Shown here in pieces: positions 58,620 through 64,000 of a DNA stretch of 64,000 bases. How positions within the stretch are numbered: the first letter of the stretch is position 1; every line of letters begins with the position of its first letter. The position numbers and the translations under genes are program-made. The DNA is from an uncultured Gammaproteobacteria bacterium (GTDB lineage Bacteria > Patescibacteriota > Patescibacteriia > UBA1558 > S5-K13): assembly GCA_964424195.1 (NCBI GenBank), contig CAYRHT010000004.1, forward strand, positions 76,769-140,768. Direction: 5' to 3'. The notes under the pieces were generated by a model. The model was not told where the DNA came from. It searched no databases and saw only the letters and a program-made list of their open reading frames with translations.

Positions 58620-60002
58620 ATGTCTAAAGAAAATAATAAAATGGATCAAATAATATCTCTAGCTAAGAGAAGAGGTTTTGTTTTTCCATCTTCAGAAATT
58701 TATGGTGGATTTGCAGCTGTTTATGATTATGGTCCTTACGGAGTAGAATTGATTAATAATATTAAAGAAGCTTGGTGGAAGTATATGGTCCGAAATAGAG
58801 AGGATATTATTGGTTTAGATTCAGCAATCTTTATGAGTCCTAAAGTTTGGGAAGCTAGTGGTCATGTGGGAGGTTTCTCTGATCCTTTAGCAGAGTGTAA
58901 GAAATGTCATTCTCGAATTAGGGTAGATGCTCTTTTAGAAGATATTGGTGTTCAAGCTGATGAAAAGATGAGTGAAGAAGAGATTAACAAGCTTTTTAAA
59001 GAAAATAAAGATAAAGTTAAATGTCCCAAGTGTGGTCAGAAAGAATTTACAGAAGCTAAGAGCTTTAATCTTTTAGTTAAATCTAATCTAGGTAACTTTA
59101 CTGGAGATTGGGACCAAGAACCAGTATATTTAAGAGGAGAGACTTGTCAGGGTATATATATCAATTTTAAAAATGTTTTAGATTCAACTAGAATGAAAGT
59201 TCCCTTTGGGATTGCTCAAGTTGGGAAAGCTTTTCGAAATGAAATTACAGCTCGACAATTTATCTTTAGAACTAGAGAATTTGAACAAATGGAGATGCAA
59301 TATTTTGTTAAACCAGAAGAAGAAATGAAAGAGTATGAGAAATTAAGAGAGTATCGATGGAATTTCTATCTTCATTTAGGAATAGATAAAAAGAATTTAA
59401 AATGGCATAAACATGAGAATTTAGTTTTTTATGCTAAAGAAGCTTACGATATTGAATACAACTTTCCCTTTGGATTTAAAGAGTTAGAAGGTTTACATGC
59501 TCGAGGAGATTATGATTTAACTCAACATATTAAGCATTCTAAACAAAAATTAGATTATTTAGATCCTTATACCAATGAAAAGTATATTCCTCATATAGTA
59601 GAAGCATCAGCTGGTGTAGGTCGAACATTCTTAGCACTATTATCAGAAGCATATACGGAAGAGAAAGTAGATGGAGAAGAAAGGGTAGTTTTAAAACTTA
59701 AACCAGAAATAGCTCCAATTAAGATAGCTGTATTTCCTTTGTTAAAGAATAAGCCAGATTTAGTTGATAAGGCTAAAGAGATTTTTGATAATTTGAAGAC
59801 TAAGCATATGTGTGAGTTTGATGATAATGGTAATGTTGGTAAAAGGTATAGAAGACAAGATGAAATTGGTACTCCATATTGTATTACTGTTGATTTTGAA
59901 GGTTTAGATGATGATACAGTTACTGTGCGGGATCGAGATACTATGAAGCAAGAGAGAATAAAGGTAGAAGAGTTGGAGAGTTATTTTAGAGAGAGATTAT
60001 AA
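58620..60002 (+). CDS. glyQS: Glycine--tRNA ligase (alpha2 type)
   Basis: KRRGFVFPSSEIYGG, DYGPYG, GKAFRNEI, FIFRTREFEQME, IGTPYCITVD. Confidence 0.97.
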   Translation: MSKENNKMDQIISLAKRRGFVFPSSEIYGGFAAVYDYGPYGVELINNIKEAWWKYMVRNREDIIGLDSAIFMSPKVWEASGHVGGFSDPLAECKKCHSRIRVDALLEDIGVQADEKMSEEEINKLFKENKDKVKCPKCGQKEFTEAKSFNLLVKSNLGNFTGDWDQEPVYLRGETCQGIYINFKNVLDSTRMKVPFGIAQVGKAFRNEITARQFIFRTREFEQMEMQYFVKPEEEMKEYEKLREYRWNFYLHLGIDKKNLKWHKHENLVFYAKEAYDIEYNFPFGFKELEGLHARGDYDLTQHIKHSKQKLDYLDPYTNEKYIPHIVEASAGVGRTFLALLSEAYTEEKVDGEERVVLKLKPEIAPIKIAVFPLLKNKPDLVDKAKEIFDNLKTKHMCEFDDNGNVGKRYRRQDEIGTPYCITVDFEGLDDDTVTVRDRDTMKQERIKVEELESYFRERL

Positions 60003-60021
60003 TAATAATTTATGGTATTTT

Positions 60022-60050
60022 AAAAGCTCAACTTATTAAGTTGAGCTTTT
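60022..60050. terminator. Terminator after glyQS (symmetric, possibly bidirectional)
   Basis: aaaagctcaactt-att-aagttgagctttt. Confidence 0.85.
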
Positions 60051-60133
60051 TAGATAAAAGAAAACCCACAATTACTACATTGTGGGTTTAGCCTCATCCT
60101 AGGTAAAGGACAAGATTTCATAAACCATTTCAT
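60050..60133 (-). CDS. Candidate 27-aa micro-peptide MKWFMKSCPLPRMRLNPQCSNCGFSFI
   Basis: AAGGAGGT RBS 5 nt before ATG; the ORF runs through a hairpin, so it is uncertain. Confidence 0.35.
   Translation of the reverse strand: MKWFMKSCPLPRMRLNPQCSNCGFSFI
60062..60089 (-). terminator. Second hairpin, probable minus-strand terminator
   Basis: aaacccacaat-tactac-attgtgggttt with an A run on its left. Confidence 0.7.
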
Positions 60134-60252
60134 ATTTACCTCCTTGTGAAATAATTTATATTATTGTGCTCTCTTCGATTCTTTTTATCACCACTTCCTT
60201 TGAGCGTTGGTTAGAGCGATGGTTATCTGGAATAAGATTAAAGGAGCTTAAT

Positions 60253-60744
60253 TTATTTTTTTATATACTCTTCTATGCCCATTTTTTTTGAATAGTTATA
60301 AAAGTTCATAGTTCTTCTACAGTTTGTTCCAATAGAATAACTTTCCATCCCAATTACATCTCCATTTCTTTTTTCTTTTTTATCTGGATGAATAAATCCT
60401 ATTTGACATTTATGGTTGTGGAATTTACTTTTGTCAATTTTTTTGAAATTTACCAACCAGTTGTCTGGACATTCGTTTGCGATAATTTTTTGAATGAATT
60501 TTAATCCAATGTTGAAGTTATGAATGAATTCATTTGTAGCTTCATCAAACCGATGGAATTGTTCCTTCCCTTTTTCAATGGAAATTTCTTTTAAAGGTAC
60601 AAGAGAAAGAATATCCTTTTTATTTTTGCCCTTGCATTCATTGATTACAAATTCATGCGCATGTTCAAAAATATGGTTTCCATCAGTTACACCTTCCTTT
60701 TCATACTCTTTTTGTAGAATAATTGCTTTTGGTATTAAATCCAT
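60253..60744 (-). CDS. Hypothetical protein, 163 aa; start reassigned to ATG 60744
   Basis: GGAGG RBS 5 nt upstream of MDLIPKA; the upstream extension in the ORF track lies in structured RNA. Confidence 0.75.
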   Translation of the reverse strand: MDLIPKAIILQKEYEKEGVTDGNHIFEHAHEFVINECKGKNKKDILSLVPLKEISIEKGKEQFHRFDEATNEFIHNFNIGLKFIQKIIANECPDNWLVNFKKIDKSKFHNHKCQIGFIHPDKKEKRNGDVIGMESYSIGTNCRRTMNFYNYSKKMGIEEYIKK

Positions 60745-60756
60745 TTTTTCCTCCAT

Positions 60757-61104
60757 TAGTACTATAAAGTACCGACTACAACCTGCCATTTCTGGTTCAG
60801 GATTTATCGTAGCCATGATGAGTTTTTTTGACTCGTCAATCAGCTTAATCGCTTCTAATGTGTCTTTGGACGAGCACTATTTAACTCTCAATCAGCTATA
60901 TGTTGTCATAAGGACAACAAGGCGCTTCTAATGGAAGTTCATTACCTCTTCCTTTTAATAAACAAGTTAATTATTTACTAGAAAGAAGAGATAATGTATT
61001 TAGTTTTTAAAGAACTTCATTAATATTGAGAGTAGTAGAGGAGATTTAAATCTGCCGTTATATAATATATGTGCAGTAATCTCCTTCACTACTCTTAACG
61101 TTAA
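60757..61104 (-). ncRNA. Candidate structured RNA or leader, about 350 nt
   Basis: Several long hairpins whose G-U pairs work on the minus strand, a GAAA tetraloop and a tandem repeated motif; begins just after a consensus promoter. Confidence 0.6.
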
Positions 61105-61110
61105 TATTTA

Positions 61111-61139
61111 ATTATAGCATATTATTAGAATAATGTCAA
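61111..61139 (-). promoter_or_regulatory. Consensus sigma70 promoter
   Basis: Minus strand TTGACA-17-TATAAT with extended -10 TG. Confidence 0.88.
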
Positions 61140-61190
61140 GTATTTATTTATCTAGTTTATTGATATACTGAAATAGTAAAATCTAATTAT

Positions 61191-62534
61191 ATGTCAAAAA
61201 TAAAAACAATTTATTCTTGTTCTAAATGTGGATCTCAAACTCCTAAATGGGAAGGTCGTTGTTCAGAGTGTGGAGGATGGGGAACTCTAGAAAAAGAAAC
61301 CCTTTCTGATTCTGATAAGAAAGAAAAACAAAATCAACTCCAAGATTTGAAAGTTGATTTTATTGACCTTGCTAAAGTTAAGAAGAGTGATGCTCAGAGA
61401 TTAAAAACTGGTCTAGATTCTTTTAATACAGCAATTAATGGTGGAATAGTAAGAGCTTCTCTGGTTTTAATTGGTGGTAATCCGGGAATTGGTAAATCAA
61501 CTATTATTTCTCAAATAGTTTCAGATAAGTTTAAAACTCTTTATGTTTCTGGGGAAGAAACTGCTTCTTCAGTTAAATCTAGAATGGATAGATTAGATGT
61601 AAATATTAAAGATTTAAAGTTTTTAGCTGAGAATAATTTAGAAAAGATATTAGCGGGAGCAATGAAAGCTAAACCAGATTTGTTAATCATTGATTCTATT
61701 CAAACGGTATATACTTCAGAAATAGATTCAGATGCTGGGGGAGTTTCTCAAGTCAGAGCTTGTACTGTGAAATTAATGGAAATAGCTCGGAAATTAAATA
61801 TGGCAGTTTTAATTGCTAGTCATGTTAACAAAGCGGGAGATTTAGCTGGACCAAAAGCTTTAGAGCATTTAGTTGATTGTGTGATTAATTTAGAAGGGGA
61901 CAGGTTAAATAGATACAGAATGTTGAGGGTTATTAAGAATCGTTATGGTTCTACTGATAATTCAGAAGTTCTAGAGATGACTAGTAAAGGTTTTAAAAAA
62001 GTATTGAATCCATCAAATATTTATCTTTCTAATTCTAGTATTGATAAAGGAACAGTGATAACTTCAATTATGGATGGTTCTCAAGTTTTAATGTTAGAAC
62101 TTCAAGCTTTAGTGAATAAAACTAATTTTGGTTATCCTAAAAGAACAACTTCTGGTTTTGATCAGAAGCGTTTAGAATTATTATTAGCTGTATTATCTAA
62201 AAAAGCAGGTTTAAAGTTAGGAGCTTATGATGTGTATATTAATTTAACTGGTGGTTTTAATGTTAAAGATCGTTCTCTAGATTTATCAGTTTGTTTAGCT
62301 ATTATGTCTGCCTATCATGACAAAGTAGTTAAAGAAAATACTATTGTTTTTGGAGAAGTTGGTTTAAGTGGAGAAGTTCGTTCTATTCCTAAAACTAAAG
62401 AAAGAATCAAAGAAGCTCTAGCTTTAGGGTTTAAAAATATTATTGTTCCTAAGTTTGATAAGAAGGTAGATGTGAAAGGAGTTAATTTAATTGAAGTAGA
62501 GAAGATTAAAGATTTAGAAAAGTATTTGAAATAA
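61191..62534 (+). CDS. radA: DNA repair protein RadA/Sms
   Basis: C4 zinc finger, GNPGIGKST, IDSIQT, KNRYG, Lon-like C-terminus GEVGLSGEVR. Confidence 0.97.
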   Translation: MSKIKTIYSCSKCGSQTPKWEGRCSECGGWGTLEKETLSDSDKKEKQNQLQDLKVDFIDLAKVKKSDAQRLKTGLDSFNTAINGGIVRASLVLIGGNPGIGKSTIISQIVSDKFKTLYVSGEETASSVKSRMDRLDVNIKDLKFLAENNLEKILAGAMKAKPDLLIIDSIQTVYTSEIDSDAGGVSQVRACTVKLMEIARKLNMAVLIASHVNKAGDLAGPKALEHLVDCVINLEGDRLNRYRMLRVIKNRYGSTDNSEVLEMTSKGFKKVLNPSNIYLSNSSIDKGTVITSIMDGSQVLMLELQALVNKTNFGYPKRTTSGFDQKRLELLLAVLSKKAGLKLGAYDVYINLTGGFNVKDRSLDLSVCLAIMSAYHDKVVKENTIVFGEVGLSGEVRSIPKTKERIKEALALGFKNIIVPKFDKKVDVKGVNLIEVEKIKDLEKYLK

Positions 62535-62558
62535 ATATAAATAATTAAAATAAATTAT

Positions 62559-64000
62559 ATGGAAGAAGAAAAAACTACTTACGATAATGTAGGTAATGAG
62601 AATTTTAAAGGTAAATTATTAATTGGAATTATTATTTTATTAGTAGCGAGTAATCTAGGAATGTTTTATTTTTATCAGAAATCATTAAATAATATCTCTA
62701 ATGTTGTAGATGATACTCAGACTATGACACAGAATCCTCTAAATCAAGAAGTAAGTTTAGATGATGATTTAGACGCTTTAGAAGAGAAAGAGCTAGAAAT
62801 TAATGAGATTTTGGTTGATTGGAATGAAGAAGCAGTGGAAGTAGATGATATTTGGACAATAATTGATAGTAACGAAGTGGAACAAATTATGAATGATATG
62901 AAAGAGAATTCTCAAACTGCATATTTTAATTTTGAACACTTTGAAGAATACCATCAATTTTATGAAGTTGGAAAAATTGAAAACAGTGATTATTTAGGTG
63001 CTAGATTATATATTGTTAGAGTTTTAATTCCGGGAATGGGAGCATATCCAGTTTCTTTTAATGTCATTAAAATTAAAGATGATTTAATTTATCTTAGTAA
63101 AAATGCTTTTTTAAATATAGAAAAAGCAGCCTTTAAAGATGTTTATAAAAATATTTTTCAAATTGATAATGTAAGTAGAATTATTAATTTAGAATCACCA
63201 CAAAGAATTAGTATTCCAGAGTCTGATTCAAGTTTATTAAAAACGATGGTTTTTCGTGATAATTATTCTCAGATACATGGTTGGTTAAGTGAGTATATTG
63301 ATGGAGAAAAATCTTTCGAATATCAAGAAGAGAAATATGTTTACAGAAAAGGTAACTGTTTTATTGTCGGTGCTAATGATGGTACAGTAAGAGGATATCA
63401 TTTAGATCTCAATTTTGCCAAAGAAATGGAAGAAAGAAGTCATTATTTGGGTGCAATTCCATATTTGTTAGATTTTAAGTTTTCGAATGGAGAGCAAAAT
63501 CAAAACGAGTATATTTTTCAGAGCGGAGGACATTTTCATATTAACTATTGTTATAATTATGCACATTATATAAATAATGATAGTCAATTGAGTGTTATCG
63601 GTTATTTAGATTCTGGGGAGTTAGTTTATGTTCTTAAAGATATAAATACTAAAGAAAGAGTTCAAGATCAAAACAGTATTTTACAAACAATGTATGACAT
63701 GTATTATCCTGGCTACAACAGTGAAACACAAGAAAGGAAAGAAAAAGTTTCTTTTGAAGAATTTTTGGAAGAATATCCATTAATTTTTGTAAAGGATCCT
63801 TTTGGAGATTATATAGAAATGAAAAATGCTAAATATTTACCAGCTGTAGAAATGGGAAAACCAGTGATTTATCTTTATCCGGAAACTGAAATGGATATTT
63901 CTGTACAAGTAGAACCGAAAGGTGGATTTTCAATTACTGAACCAACTTATAATAATGGTTGGTTAGTAAAAGCTAATCCAAATGGAGAATTATTTAATTA
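62559..64000 (+). CDS. Membrane-anchored hypothetical protein (3'-truncated by window)
   Basis: N-terminal TM (LLIGIIILLVA); KPVIYLYP motif near the window end is in frame with this start. Confidence 0.8.
   Translation, partial: MEEEKTTYDNVGNENFKGKLLIGIIILLVASNLGMFYFYQKSLNNISNVVDDTQTMTQNPLNQEVSLDDDLDALEEKELEINEILVDWNEEAVEVDDIWTIIDSNEVEQIMNDMKENSQTAYFNFEHFEEYHQFYEVGKIENSDYLGARLYIVRVLIPGMGAYPVSFNVIKIKDDLIYLSKNAFLNIEKAAFKDVYKNIFQIDNVSRIINLESPQRISIPESDSSLLKTMVFRDNYSQIHGWLSEYIDGEKSFEYQEEKYVYRKGNCFIVGANDGTVRGYHLDLNFAKEMEERSHYLGAIPYLLDFKFSNGEQNQNEYIFQSGGHFHINYCYNYAHYINNDSQLSVIGYLDSGELVYVLKDINTKERVQDQNSILQTMYDMYYPGYNSETQERKEKVSFEEFLEEYPLIFVKDPFGDYIEMKNAKYLPAVEMGKPVIYLYPETEMDISVQVEPKGGFSITEPTYNNGWLVKANPNGELFN

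Noticed and set aside
139-60931. Many short alternative-frame or antisense ORFs in the track (e.g. 139-351, 3274-3576, 7138-7539, 12813-13274, 17894-18187, 21291-21713, 42034-42954, 57705-58058, 60524-60931)
   Set aside because: They overlap well-supported genes, lack start signals and have the composition expected of shadow frames in AT-rich DNA.
60832-60947. Fluoride riboswitch, hammerhead or pistol ribozyme
   Set aside because: Resemblance is partial (GCUGAU, AAAUAG, similar pseudoknot topology). The fluoride GGnGAUG..UCnCC stem, the hammerhead CUGAnGA plus GAAA core and the pistol pairings are not satisfied. A cmscan run is needed to close this.
60757-61104. tmRNA, RNase P RNA, SRP RNA or group II intron fragment
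   Set aside because: No tRNA-like ends with CCA, no GAGGAAAGUCC, no SRP GGAA-loop helix with its conserved internal loops, and no domain V consensus found by eye.
1-64000. CRISPR array, rRNA, IS element or alternative genetic code
   Set aside because: No regularly spaced repeats with unique spacers, no rRNA-like segment and no transposase; conserved genes are full length under the standard bacterial code.

Overview
AT-rich bacterial chromosome segment, most likely Patescibacteria/CPR (Parcubacteria-like). This placement is inferred from the absence of rpmD/L30 in the spc operon, VirB2-like pilin domains fused to giant Ig/Cys-rich surface proteins, DUF5667/DUF192 proteins and a membrane-anchored Clp ATPase. 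Core content: end of the S10/spc ribosomal operon, secY, adk, map, yqgF, recR-ybaB-dnaB, tRNA-Lys, an RND pump, a P-type ATPase, lepB, hisS, rpsU, ftsA/ftsZ, nrdR, glyQS and radA. Main unexplained signals: (1) a two-unit toxin-antitoxin island in which each unit starts at a recR 3' end, one being a diverged foreign copy; (2) two unannotated, highly structured RNA leaders behind near-consensus sigma70 promoters, one with four GGA-loop hairpins (28.5 kb) and one of about 350 nt with a tandem pseudoknot-like motif (60.8-61.1 kb); (3) orphan single-gene units inserted at terminator/promoter junctions, one with an exact 28-bp flanking direct repeat; (4) core genes mostly lack Shine-Dalgarno sequences while the orphan genes and rpsU carry strong ones. 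No integrase, transposase, reverse transcriptase, CRISPR array or rRNA was seen. All calls come from reading the sequence by eye; no database searches were run.
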